Origin: Porphyromonas sp.
GTDB lineage: Bacteria; Bacteroidota; Bacteroidia; Bacteroidales; Porphyromonadaceae
NCBI GenBank assembly: GCA_041791495.1
Contig: JBHBLB010000050.1
Span: 9,522 to 73,521 of the forward strand
Direction: 5' to 3'
DNA length: 64,000 nucleotides
Part shown: in pieces, positions 47,698 through 57,472 of the stretch
Layout: each line of letters begins with the position of its first letter
How positions within the stretch are numbered: the stretch's first letter is position 1
Notes under the pieces: generated by a model
Databases searched by the model: none
The model's input: only the letters and a program-made list of their open reading frames with translations
What the model was told of the DNA's origin: nothing
Made by a program: the position numbers and the translations under genes

Positions 47698-49506
47698 ATG
47701 AATTACGGATTCTTTGATTTACTGACCCTTATCGGCTCATTAGGGATCTTCCTCTATGGAATGAAGGTAATGAGCGAAGGATTACAGAAGATCGCGGGAG
47801 ACAAGATGCGTAACATCCTCTCCGCAATGACCCGAAACAGGCTCTTGGGAGTCTTTACCGGTCTGCTCATCACAGCACTTGTTCAATCCTCCTCTGCCAC
47901 AACTTTGATGGTAGTGAGCTTCGTAAATGCCGGGCTTCTTAACCTGGCGCAGTCCATCTCTGTTATAATGGGAGCCAATGTAGGTACGACTGTGACGGCA
48001 TGGATTATCTCAATCTTTGGTTTCAAGGTGGACATCTCCACTTTTGCCGTACCGATCATTGCCCTATCGATTCCGCTAATCTTTTCGAGCAACAACACGA
48101 GAAAGTCGTGGGGAGAATTCATTATCGGTTTTGCTTTTCTCTTTATCGGCCTTCAGTTTCTCAAAGATAATGTCCCCGACTTGCAGTCAAATCCAGATGC
48201 TTTAGCGTTCATCCAGAACTACACATCCATGGGCTTCGGGTCGGTTCTCATATTCTTGTTCATCGGGACTGTATTAACGATGATTGTACAATCGTCTTCG
48301 GCAACAGTCGCTATCACTCTTATCATGTGCTCCAAGGGATGGATCTCGTTTGAACTTGCGGCAGCGATGGTGCTTGGAGAGAATATCGGAACCACGGTGA
48401 CCGCAAACCTTGCAGCTATCGGAGCTAATGTGCAGGCACGCAGAGCCGCACTGGCACACTTGATCTTCAATATCTTTGGGGTATTCTGGATGCTTATCGT
48501 CTTCCAACCATTCCTTTCGATGATTATCTCCATCGTATCCAATTGGGGCCCGGGTGACCCTACGGCTTTGTACGGATTTATAGGAAGTCTCTCTCCTGAG
48601 CGGATCGCTGCGATTGAATCTACCGTAAGCACGACTGACCCCGGCCTATTGGCAGATAAGGCAACTATGAATAATGGCGTGATCGCGACCTCATACGGTC
48701 TTTCGCTTTATCACTCATTATTTAATATAACTAACGTCATAATCATGATTTGGTTCGTGAATGGCTACGTATATATATGTAAGAAGCTTATCCCTGCAAA
48801 GGCAGAAGCACGAGGCAGCGAGGAGTTCCAGCTTCGTTACATTTCCTATGGGATGCTATCGACTTCCGAATTGTCTATCGCTCAAGCCCAGAAAGAGATG
48901 GGATTATTCGGCGAACGCGCCGGACGTATGCTCGGGATGGTAAATGAGCTGCTCGAGGAAAAAGATCCTGAGAAGTTCAGTGAGACCTTCAACAGAATAG
49001 AGAAGTACGAAAACATTTGCGACCGAATGGAGGTCGAGATAGCCAATTATCTCTCTCGCGTGTCCGAAGGGCGTCTCAGCGATGAGGGGAAAGAGAAGAT
49101 ACGCGTTATGCTTCGTGCTACCACTGAGATAGAGAGCGTGGGGGACTCTTGTTACAACCTTGCTCAGACCATAAAGAGAAAGAAGGATCACAACGGTACG
49201 TTCACCGAACAAATGGTACGCAATGTGCGCCGTATGCTTGAGTTAGATCAGAAAGCGATCGACCGGATGAATGTTGTCTTGAAGCAGAGCGAGCTCACGC
49301 CTGAAGACGCACTCGAATCATACAACATCGAGAACGCCATCAACAATCTCCGCAATGATCTTAAGCTCAAAAGCCTTGAAGACTTCAGCAACAAGGAGTA
49401 CGACTATCAGGATGGTGTATATTATAATGATATGATCAACGAGTGCGAGCATCTCGGAGATTACGTACTGAATACCATACAAGCCGTAGTAGAAAAGAAG
49501 TTTTAA
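47698..49506 (+). CDS. Na/Pi cotransporter family protein with PhoU-like C-terminus
   Basis: Two QSSSAT repeats, GANVGTT / GENIGTT and a helical PhoU-like tail. Confidence 0.93.
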   Translation: MNYGFFDLLTLIGSLGIFLYGMKVMSEGLQKIAGDKMRNILSAMTRNRLLGVFTGLLITALVQSSSATTLMVVSFVNAGLLNLAQSISVIMGANVGTTVTAWIISIFGFKVDISTFAVPIIALSIPLIFSSNNTRKSWGEFIIGFAFLFIGLQFLKDNVPDLQSNPDALAFIQNYTSMGFGSVLIFLFIGTVLTMIVQSSSATVAITLIMCSKGWISFELAAAMVLGENIGTTVTANLAAIGANVQARRAALAHLIFNIFGVFWMLIVFQPFLSMIISIVSNWGPGDPTALYGFIGSLSPERIAAIESTVSTTDPGLLADKATMNNGVIATSYGLSLYHSLFNITNVIIMIWFVNGYVYICKKLIPAKAEARGSEEFQLRYISYGMLSTSELSIAQAQKEMGLFGERAGRMLGMVNELLEEKDPEKFSETFNRIEKYENICDRMEVEIANYLSRVSEGRLSDEGKEKIRVMLRATTEIESVGDSCYNLAQTIKRKKDHNGTFTEQMVRNVRRMLELDQKAIDRMNVVLKQSELTPEDALESYNIENAINNLRNDLKLKSLEDFSNKEYDYQDGVYYNDMINECEHLGDYVLNTIQAVVEKKF

Positions 49507-50699
49507 TGGTACGCAAATATGACTCATACCGCAGGGCGATGAGGAACTACCTAAAGAGCAAGCCCATACCCGATACTGTGGTTATCCGTAGAGTCACTAA
49601 TAAGAGTATGCTCAAGGAGTTTGTGGAGTTCAATCTTCGGCTCTACAAGGACTGCCCATACCATGTCCCCTCTCTCATCGACGAGGAGATCATGACACTC
49701 GATCGTGATCAGAACCCTGCTTTTGAGTTTTGCGATGCTGCCTATTTTCTGGCATACAAGTGCGACGAGATCGTAGGGCGCATAGCCGTGATCGTCAATC
49801 ACAAAGCCAACGATATGTGGAATCAGAACCACACCCGCTTTGGTTTTGTAGACTTTATAGATGACGACGAAGTGGTGGATGCTCTCTTCGATGCAGCAGA
49901 AACGTGGGCGCGTCGCCAAGGGAGCGATTATATCCACGGACCCATGGGCTTCACCGACCTCGACAAAGAGGGCATGCTGGTCGAGGGGTTCGATCAGATG
50001 AGCACCTTCAGTACCATATATAACTATCCTTACTACCCAATGCAGCTTGAGCGTATAGGGTATCGGAGAGATCAAGACTGGAACGAGTACAAGATTCTTG
50101 TACCTGACGAGATCCCCGAAAAGCATCGTCGTATTGCCAGCCTCGTCAGAGAAAAGTATGGCCTTGTGACGAAGAAGTTCAAAAAGCGGAAAGAGATCTA
50201 TCCCTATGCCCATCGCATCTTCGAGACCCTCAACGCCGCTTACTCTCCATTGTACGGAGTGTCGCCCCTTTCCCCTGCACAGATCGACTACTATGTCAAG
50301 ATGTACATCCCGATGATACGCCTTGACCTCATTACCCTTGTCATACGTGAGAAGGACGATCAGGTAGTGGGCTTCGGTATTACTATGCCCAACCTGAGCC
50401 ACGCGATGCGGAAAGCCCGTGGCAAGCTCTGGCCGTTTGGGTTCGTCCATCTGCTACACGCTTTGTATGCAAGGCCAAAAGTCGTAGATCTTCTCCTCAT
50501 AGGCATCATCCCCGAGTACCAAAACAAAGGGGTGAATGCCTTGATCTTCGAGGATCTGATCCCGATCATCCAGGACTATGGTACCGAGTATGTGGAGAGC
50601 AATCCCGAGCTCGAGACCAACCTTGCCGTGCAGCTTCAGTGGAGTTACTTCACCAAGATACACCACAAGACCCGTCGAGCCTTCATCAAAGAACTATAA
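49506..50699 (+). CDS. GNAT-fold protein (YghO-like)
   Basis: VGRIA, RFGFVDFIDD, GPMGFTDLDKEG and YQNKGVNAL. Probable start 49506 (TAATG overlap). Confidence 0.8.
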   Translation: MVRKYDSYRRAMRNYLKSKPIPDTVVIRRVTNKSMLKEFVEFNLRLYKDCPYHVPSLIDEEIMTLDRDQNPAFEFCDAAYFLAYKCDEIVGRIAVIVNHKANDMWNQNHTRFGFVDFIDDDEVVDALFDAAETWARRQGSDYIHGPMGFTDLDKEGMLVEGFDQMSTFSTIYNYPYYPMQLERIGYRRDQDWNEYKILVPDEIPEKHRRIASLVREKYGLVTKKFKKRKEIYPYAHRIFETLNAAYSPLYGVSPLSPAQIDYYVKMYIPMIRLDLITLVIREKDDQVVGFGITMPNLSHAMRKARGKLWPFGFVHLLHALYARPKVVDLLLIGIIPEYQNKGVNALIFEDLIPIIQDYGTEYVESNPELETNLAVQLQWSYFTKIHHKTRRAFIKEL

Positions 50700-50720
50700 G
50701 TCCCTTTCATCTATTCATAC

Positions 50721-52616
50721 ATGACCGACCTACTCAACGACAACATCGCAGAGATCAGCGAGAGCGACCTCTTCGAGGCGCAGCAAAAGTATGGCGACGA
50801 TGCCGTCCGGACGCTCGATGCGATGCAGCACATACGTCTGCGCCCCGGGATGTATATAGGTAAGCTTGGCGATGGAGCTTCCCCCGACGACGGCATCTAT
50901 GTCCTCCTCAAGGAGGTCATAGATAATTCGATAGATGAGTACGCCATGGGGTTTGGTAAGTCCATCCGCATCACGATCAAGGAGAATAGAGAGGTCACTG
51001 TACGGGACTTTGGACGAGGCATACCGCAAGGGTCGCTCAAGGATGCCGTGGGTACGATGAATACTGGTGCCAAGTACGACAACGAAGTGTTCAAAAAAGT
51101 AGTGGGACTTAACGGAGTCGGACTCAAGGCAGTCAATGCTCTCTCCTCCCGTATGGAGGTCACATCATTTCGCGAAGGCAAAGGTAAGACGGTCATCTTC
51201 GAGCAAGGTCTCTTCATCTCCGAGACAGAGCTCTTCGATGCAGGCGAAGAGAGAGACGGCACACAGGTATATTTCCACCCCGACGATACGCTCTTCAAGG
51301 GGTACAGTTACCGTCACGACTATGTCTCCGATATGGTGCGTATGTACTCCTACCTGCACACCTCCCTGAGCCTTAACCTCAACGGCAAGCGGTACTACTC
51401 CAAGAACGGGCTTGCCGATCTGCTCGAAGACAACATGACCTCCGAGCCTCTCTACCCCATCATCCACTTCTCCGGCAAGGACATCGAGATAGCCATCACC
51501 CACTCATCGCAATATGGGGAGGAGTACTACTCCTTCGTGAATGGGCAGAATACCATCCATGGAGGTACGCATCTCTCGGCATTCAAGGAGGCGGCTGCGC
51601 GTACGATCAAGGAGTTTTATGGCAAGTCATTCGACTTCACCGATATCCGTTCAGGCATCGTTGCGGCAGTAAGCATACGCATACAGGATCCTCTCTTCGA
51701 AAGCCAGACGAAGACCAAGCTCGGATCTAAGGACATAGAGGAGGGCGGTATCTCTATTGCCAAGTTCATCGGCGACTTTATCAAAGAGCATCTCGACAAC
51801 TTCCTCCACAAGCATCCCGCAACCGCCGAAGCACTCCTCAAGAAGATCCTCGAGAGCGAGAAGGAACGCCGCTCCCTCGCAGGCATAACCAAGATTGCCA
51901 AAGAGCGGGCAAAGAAAGCGTCCATACACAATAAGAAGCTGCGCGACTGCACTTACCACTTCAACGAGAGTAAGGTGCCAAGCCCTGAGCGTACCTCTAT
52001 CTTCATCACCGAAGGGCTATCTGCCAGCGGGAGTATCACGCAGAGCCGCAATGCCGACTACCAGGCGGTCTTCTCTCTGAGGGGGAAGCCGCTCAACTGC
52101 TACGGACTCTCGAAGCGAGTCGTCTACGAGAACGAAGAGTTCAACCTCCTACAAGCCGCCCTCAACATCGAGGACTCCATCGACAACCTCCGGTACAACA
52201 AGGTCATCGTTGCCACAGATGCCGACGTGGATGGTATGCACATCCGACTGCTGATCATCACATTCTTCTTGCAGTTTTTCCCAGAGCTCATCCGGCAGAA
52301 CCACGTCTTTATCCTCCAGACTCCGCTCTTCCGCGTGCGCGACAAGCATGATAAGCAGACCATCTACTGCTACGACGAACGCGAACGTGACGCCGCGATG
52401 GAGCAACTTGGCAAAGGATGCTCCGTAACACGCTTCAAAGGGCTCGGAGAGATCAAGGCAGAGGAGTTCAAGGCATTCATCGGGGAGGATATGAGACTCG
52501 ATCCCGTAGTGATGAAAAAGGAGGACAATATCAAGGAACTCCTCGACTTCTATATGGGCAAGAATACGCCACGTCGACAAGACTTCATAGTCGGGAACCT
52601 TGAGCCCGAAGAGTAA
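50721..52616 (+). CDS. parE: DNA topoisomerase IV subunit B
   Basis: [26 protein letters not shown]-like [17 protein letters not shown] and RFKGLGEI; about 630 aa and next to coaD. Confidence 0.9.
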   Translation: MTDLLNDNIAEISESDLFEAQQKYGDDAVRTLDAMQHIRLRPGMYIGKLGDGASPDDGIYVLLKEVIDNSIDEYAMGFGKSIRITIKENREVTVRDFGRGIPQGSLKDAVGTMNTGAKYDNEVFKKVVGLNGVGLKAVNALSSRMEVTSFREGKGKTVIFEQGLFISETELFDAGEERDGTQVYFHPDDTLFKGYSYRHDYVSDMVRMYSYLHTSLSLNLNGKRYYSKNGLADLLEDNMTSEPLYPIIHFSGKDIEIAITHSSQYGEEYYSFVNGQNTIHGGTHLSAFKEAAARTIKEFYGKSFDFTDIRSGIVAAVSIRIQDPLFESQTKTKLGSKDIEEGGISIAKFIGDFIKEHLDNFLHKHPATAEALLKKILESEKERRSLAGITKIAKERAKKASIHNKKLRDCTYHFNESKVPSPERTSIFITEGLSASGSITQSRNADYQAVFSLRGKPLNCYGLSKRVVYENEEFNLLQAALNIEDSIDNLRYNKVIVATDADVDGMHIRLLIITFFLQFFPELIRQNHVFILQTPLFRVRDKHDKQTIYCYDERERDAAMEQLGKGCSVTRFKGLGEIKAEEFKAFIGEDMRLDPVVMKKEDNIKELLDFYMGKNTPRRQDFIVGNLEPEE

Positions 52617-52638
52617 TACCACACCACTTACCGCAGTT

Positions 52639-53097
52639 ATGGAAGACGCCAACCGCCCCCGAAAGATAGGAGTCTATGCAGGGTCGTTCGACCCCTTTAC
52701 CATCGGACACGTAGACATCGCCAATAGAGCATTGGAGATACTCGATGAGCTGCACATCGTGATCGGCACCAATGTCCGTAAGGGCGCATTCATGCCGCTC
52801 GATGAGCGTATGGCACGCATCCGTGAAGTATATGTCGGAGATCCTCGTATCGTCATCGCTGCCAACGATCGCCTTACCGCCACTTATGCGAAAGAGGTTG
52901 GAGCCACCGTCCTTGTCCGAGGCATACGCAACGTCACCGATATGGAGTACGAACGATCTATGGCAGACATCCATCTCAGTCACTTTGGTCTCGATACGAT
53001 CTTTCTATTCTCCTCCCCCGAGCTTGCCAGCATCTCTTCCTCAGTGGTACGAGAGCTCGCTGCCTTCGGTGAGGACTACTCGCGCTATCTCCCCTGA
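52639..53097 (+). CDS. coaD: Pantetheine-phosphate adenylyltransferase
   Basis: YAGSFDPFTIGHVDI, LVRGIR and ISSSVVRE. ATG start at 52639. Confidence 0.95.
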   Translation: MEDANRPRKIGVYAGSFDPFTIGHVDIANRALEILDELHIVIGTNVRKGAFMPLDERMARIREVYVGDPRIVIAANDRLTATYAKEVGATVLVRGIRNVTDMEYERSMADIHLSHFGLDTIFLFSSPELASISSSVVRELAAFGEDYSRYLP

Positions 53098-53118
53098 GAG
53101 GTCTATATGGTTTCCTGA

Positions 53119-53177
53119 AAAGCCCGACCCCAAAGCCTGTACGACACGAGAAGTCACCGGCTTTGGGGTCGGGCTTT
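53119..53177. terminator. Bidirectional terminator between convergent coaD and the radical SAM gene
   Basis: 19-bp perfect inverted repeat aaagcccgaccccaaagcc / ggctttggggtcgggcttt with a 21-nt loop. Confidence 0.8.
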
Positions 53178-53227
53178 ATTGTCTTGGGGGTGATGCTTCC
53201 TCCGTACGTTGCTGTGTCTAAACAGGG

Positions 53228-54610
53228 TCACACTTCGGCTGCGATAGTGTCCTCCTGACCGTGCGACAGGAGCTGCTCCAGGAGGGGAAGCATCCTGTTC
53301 AGAGCCCCGATGCGGATGAGGAAGTTCCATATCCCCTCAAACTTCTTCCACCCTCCCGTGTAGAAAAAGTGAGACAGCGAAGCCGAGGGCGAAGGGTTGT
53401 TGCTGCAGGCACGCACGATATTGCACCACTTGTAGAACTCTTTGTAAGCCCAGCGATACCCTTCCTCCAACTCTTCGGGCGAGAGTCCTATCGGACGGTA
53501 GACGACAGTCCGGGTATCATATCGACTCCAGTCGTACGAGGTGATACGTCCTGCCGCTTCGAGGCGGCTAAATTGCCGAGTGCCGGGGTATGGTGTCAGG
53601 ATATGATATGTCGCCGTAGTGATAGCATTCTCGATCCCCCATGCTACTGTGCGCTTGAATGTGTCTTTAGTGTCGTAGTCCAGACCGAAGACAAAACTGC
53701 CGTTGATCTTGATGCCCAAGTCGTGCAATCGGCGCACGCAGGCATCGTAGTCGCGAGCGAGGTTCTGGAGTTTATTCTCCGCCTTCAGGTTTTCGGGCGA
53801 AAAGGTCTCGAACCCTACGAATACACTCCTCAGTCCTGCCTCTCTTGCTCGCTCTATGAGATCGCCATTGAGGATAGACTTTACCGTGGCAGCCCCTTGG
53901 AAAACCCTCTTCATCCCTCTCATTCCCTCAAAGAGTGCGCGAGCAAATGGCGGACTACCCAAGAGATGATCGTCCAGAAAGTATAGGTGTCTCCCGGGGA
54001 GACTCTCGATCTCTGCCAGAGCCTTGTCTACCCGTGCCGTATAGAACCCCTTGCCCTCCCCGTAGAATGCGTCCTTGTAACAGAAGTCGCAGTGGTGAGG
54101 GCAGCCACGCGAGACCACAAGGGAGTTGGGGACGAGGTATTTGCTTCGCTTGATGAGGTCACGGCGTACCGGGGGGATCTCCCTTATCTGCCGCTCCAGA
54201 GCTACGTAGCATCGTGCCGCACGCCTATGCTGAAAGTCGTCCAGAAAGCGGGGAAACGCCTCCTCTCCGGGGCCGACGATAATCGTGTCGGCATGAGCGA
54301 GGGCTTCGTCCGGCATCGAGGTTACGTGCAGCCCGCCCAGGACTACGTGTGCGCCCCGCTCTCTATAGGTATCCGCTATGGCGTAAGCCCGATAAGCATT
54401 CGTGATATATACCTGAATGCAGACGAGATCCGGCGTATCCTCCATACTCAACTCCTCTATATGTTGATCCACCAGCTCCACCTCATCCTCTTCCGAGAAG
54501 TAACCCGCCAGTGTCGCCAAACCCAACGGAGGGAAGAGAGAGTACTTGATCGGGCGGAAAAAGGGGCTGTCCGCCTCCTCCAGCGAAGGCAGTATCATCT
54601 TTACTTTCAT
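53228..54610 (-). CDS. B12-binding-domain radical SAM protein
   Basis: PPLGLATLA, VLGGLHVT, SRGCPHHCDFC and FVFGLDYD. Start MKVK at 54610. Confidence 0.9.
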   Translation of the reverse strand: MKVKMILPSLEEADSPFFRPIKYSLFPPLGLATLAGYFSEEDEVELVDQHIEELSMEDTPDLVCIQVYITNAYRAYAIADTYRERGAHVVLGGLHVTSMPDEALAHADTIIVGPGEEAFPRFLDDFQHRRAARCYVALERQIREIPPVRRDLIKRSKYLVPNSLVVSRGCPHHCDFCYKDAFYGEGKGFYTARVDKALAEIESLPGRHLYFLDDHLLGSPPFARALFEGMRGMKRVFQGAATVKSILNGDLIERAREAGLRSVFVGFETFSPENLKAENKLQNLARDYDACVRRLHDLGIKINGSFVFGLDYDTKDTFKRTVAWGIENAITTATYHILTPYPGTRQFSRLEAAGRITSYDWSRYDTRTVVYRPIGLSPEELEEGYRWAYKEFYKWCNIVRACSNNPSPSASLSHFFYTGGWKKFEGIWNFLIRIGALNRMLPLLEQLLSHGQEDTIAAEV

Positions 54611-54661
54611 TGCACGACTTCCTCTTTCACTCCATACATCTCTGGGGCACACTCACGTTCG

Positions 54662-54669
54662 CAAAGTTA
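54662..54669 (-). promoter_or_regulatory. Sigma-A -7 box (TAACTTTG) for the radical SAM gene
   Basis: Exact match about 50 bp upstream of the start. Confidence 0.6.
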
Positions 54670-54793
54670 ATAATTAAGAGAAAGACCGTGGCCCCGCCGA
54701 GGCAGTATTTCACGCATCCGTCGCCATCCCTCCGTAAGCCTGCGGACATAAACCTTCGGGCAATGGGAAGGGAAATTGTCAGAGGCGGTAAGA

Positions 54794-54887
54794 GAAGTTG
54801 TGTTCCGGGGTGGAAAAGTAATTTTCCGCCCCGGATGATTAGTTTTCAGCTACTGAAAATTACTTTTCCACCCCGGAACACAACTTC
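54794..54887. repeat. 94-bp modular element, copy I
   Basis: gaagttgtgttc-cggggtg-gaaaagtaattttc-cgccccg-gatgattagttttc-agctact-gaaaattacttttc-caccccg-gaacacaacttc; 33-bp perfect terminal inverted repeat. Confidence 0.92.
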
Positions 54888-55044
54888 ATGTGCACTGCCG
54901 AGGACTTCCCTATCCCGGAACATCCGGCTTTTCATCCCCTCTGTGGCATCTTCCCCGGCCGATGGATGCAGGGGCCGGTCCCGTTCCGGCACCGACCGCA
55001 CCGCAACAAAGCATCGGATTCTATCAATAATGAACGGTAATGTG

Positions 55045-55074
55045 TTGGAAGTCACGAGAAAATGCGTACCTTTG
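55045..55074 (+). promoter_or_regulatory. Sigma-A promoter for rpsA
   Basis: TTG at ~55045, TACCTTTG at 55067-55074, then an A-rich leader without SD. Confidence 0.7.
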
Positions 55075-55137
55075 CAGGGCGTTTTATCATAGAATATAAT
55101 GTCTAACCAACCAAACAATTTTATTTACTAACAACTA

Positions 55138-56946
55138 ATGAAGAATTACTACGAAGAAGTGAAACCTCTCGAAGGTTTCGATTGGGACAGCTTCCAGAGT
55201 GCCTCTACAGAGACGGCGGAACAGAAAGAAGCATCGAAGACGGCTTATGAATCCACTTTTGGCTCTGTAAAGGAGAAAGAGATCGTTACCGGTAAGGTGA
55301 CTTCGATCACTAAGAGAGAAGTTGTCGTAAACGTAGGTTTCAAATCCGAAGGTGTGGTACCTGTATCGGAATTCCGCTACAACCCCGACCTCAAGGTGGG
55401 CGATGAAGTAGAGGTTTTCGTCGAAAATCAGGAAGACCGCAACGGACAGCTCCTGCTGTCTCACAAGAAAGCTTGCGCGGCTCGTTCGTGGGAACGTGTC
55501 AATACTGCACTAGCGAACGACGAAGTGGTCAAGGGTTACATCATGTCGCGTACGCGTGGCGGTATGATCGTAGAGATATTTGGCATCGAGTCGTTCCTAC
55601 CTGGATCACAGATAGACGTGAAGCCTATCCGTGACTTTGACGTATTCGTCGGTAAGACGATGGAGTTCAAGATCGTAAAGGTCAATGAAGAGTACCGCAA
55701 CGTAGTGGTGTCTCACAAGGCACTCATCGAGGCCGAACTTGAACAACAAAAGAAAGAAATCATCTCCAAGCTCGAAAAGGGTCAGATCCTCGAAGGGGTG
55801 GTCAAGAACATCACTTCGTATGGTGCCTTCATCGACCTTGGTGGCGTGGATGGTCTCATCCACATCACGGACCTCTCTTGGGGGCGTGTCAATAACCCCG
55901 AAGAGGTAGTTCAGCTCGATCAGAAGATAAACGTGGTCATCCTTGACTTCGATGACGAGAAGAAGCGTATCGCTCTCGGTCTCAAGCAGCTCACAGCTCA
56001 TCCTTGGGACAGCCTCGACCAGAACCTCCAAGTAGGCGACAAGGTCAAAGGTCGTGTCGTAGTAATGGCAGACTATGGTGCGTTTGTAGAGGTGACTCCG
56101 GGCGTAGAGGGTCTGATCCACGTTTCCGAAATGTCTTGGACACAGCACCTACGCAGTGCTCAGGACTTCCTCAAAGTAGGTGACGAGATTGAGGCACAAA
56201 TCCTTACCCTTGACCGCGAAGAGCGCAAGATGTCTCTCGGTCTCAAGCAGCTCACTCCCGATCCATGGGAAGATATCGAAGTGAGATTCCCTGTGGGTTC
56301 ACAGCACTCTGCCAAGGTTCGTAACTTTACCAACTTCGGTGTCTTCGTAGAGTTTGAAGATGGCGTAGACGGCCTTATCCACATCTCTGACCTTTCTTGG
56401 ACCAAGAAGATCAAACATCCGAGCGAATTTACCCAGGTAGGTGCACCTATCGAAGTGGTAGTGCTCGAGATCGATAAGGAAAATCGTCGCCTCAGCCTCG
56501 GGCACAAGCAGCTCGAAGAAAACCCATGGGATGTATTCGAGACCATATTTACGGTGGGATCTGTACACGAAGGGACGATCATCGAAATGATGGAAAAGGG
56601 CGCAGTAATCTCTCTTCCTTACGGAGTCGAAGGCTTCGCTACACCTAAACATCTCGTAAAAGAAGACGGCACTCAGGCTCAGCTTGATGAGAAGATCCAG
56701 TTCAAGGTGATCGAATTCAACAAAGATGCTAAGCGCATTATCCTTTCGCACAGCCGTATCTTTGAGGATGAGCAAAAGGCAAAACGCCAAGAAGCTGCAA
56801 GCGAACAGCGCCGTCAGCGTCGTGCGGAAGCGGCAGCGTCTACTCCTTCTTTCGCTACTCCATCCGTAGAGAAGTCGACTCTCGGTGACATCGAAGAGCT
56901 TGCTGCTCTCAAGGAAAAGCTTATGGGCGATAGCTCTGCCGAGTAA
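55138..56946 (+). CDS. rpsA: 30S ribosomal protein S1
   Basis: Six S1 repeats (YGAFIDLGGVDGLIHITDLSW, etc.). Confidence 0.98.
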   Translation: MKNYYEEVKPLEGFDWDSFQSASTETAEQKEASKTAYESTFGSVKEKEIVTGKVTSITKREVVVNVGFKSEGVVPVSEFRYNPDLKVGDEVEVFVENQEDRNGQLLLSHKKACAARSWERVNTALANDEVVKGYIMSRTRGGMIVEIFGIESFLPGSQIDVKPIRDFDVFVGKTMEFKIVKVNEEYRNVVVSHKALIEAELEQQKKEIISKLEKGQILEGVVKNITSYGAFIDLGGVDGLIHITDLSWGRVNNPEEVVQLDQKINVVILDFDDEKKRIALGLKQLTAHPWDSLDQNLQVGDKVKGRVVVMADYGAFVEVTPGVEGLIHVSEMSWTQHLRSAQDFLKVGDEIEAQILTLDREERKMSLGLKQLTPDPWEDIEVRFPVGSQHSAKVRNFTNFGVFVEFEDGVDGLIHISDLSWTKKIKHPSEFTQVGAPIEVVVLEIDKENRRLSLGHKQLEENPWDVFETIFTVGSVHEGTIIEMMEKGAVISLPYGVEGFATPKHLVKEDGTQAQLDEKIQFKVIEFNKDAKRIILSHSRIFEDEQKAKRQEAASEQRRQRRAEAAASTPSFATPSVEKSTLGDIEELAALKEKLMGDSSAE

Positions 56947-56966
56947 TCCTTACACATTATTATATA

Positions 56967-57006
56967 AGAGGCTCTGCGGTCTTCACTATGACCGTAGGGC
57001 CTCTTT
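56967..57006 (+). terminator. rpsA terminator
   Basis: agaggctctgcggtc...gaccgtagggcctct followed by ttgctttt. Confidence 0.75.
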
Positions 57007-57077
57007 GCTTTTCGCCTATTTTGAGTTACGGTGATAAAAAGGTAGATTTGTGACAAATACTACCAAAACTTACGATT

Positions 57078-57458
57078 ATGTTAGAACTAAGATCACGTTT
57101 TGACCACTTCAACTTCAATGTGCTCAACCTCGAGAGAAGTATAGAGTTCTATGCCAAAGCCCTTGGTCTCAAAGAGGTCAAGCGCAAAGAAGCATCGGAT
57201 GGTGCCTTCATCCTTGTCTACCTTGGGGATGGAGAGACCCACTTCATGCTTGAGCTGACATGGCTGCGTGACCGTATCGAGCCATATAATCTCGGAGATC
57301 TGGAGTATCACCTCTGCATGCGTGTGCATGGAGATTATGATGAGTGGCGTGCCTACCATAGGGAAATGGGATGCATCTGCTACGAAAACAAGTCGATGGG
57401 ACTCTACTTCATCAGCGATCCCGACGGGTATTGGATAGAGATCTTGCCGGTAAAGTAA
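57078..57458 (+). CDS. VOC/glyoxalase family protein (lactoylglutathione lyase-like)
   Basis: HFNFNVLNLERSIEFY, LELTW and FISDPDGYWIEI. Confidence 0.88.
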   Translation: MLELRSRFDHFNFNVLNLERSIEFYAKALGLKEVKRKEASDGAFILVYLGDGETHFMLELTWLRDRIEPYNLGDLEYHLCMRVHGDYDEWRAYHREMGCICYENKSMGLYFISDPDGYWIEILPVK

Positions 57459-57472
57459 AAGGCTTTGCCTGT

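Noticed and set aside
50721-52616. parE without adjacent parC as an anomaly
   Set aside because: Split parE/parC with parE next to coaD is the usual Bacteroidales arrangement.
54794-54887. The element as an invertible (phase-variable) promoter or integron attC site
   Set aside because: No TAnnTTTG box lies inside the cores, there are no RYYYAAC/GTTRRRY ends, and no recombinase gene is in the window.
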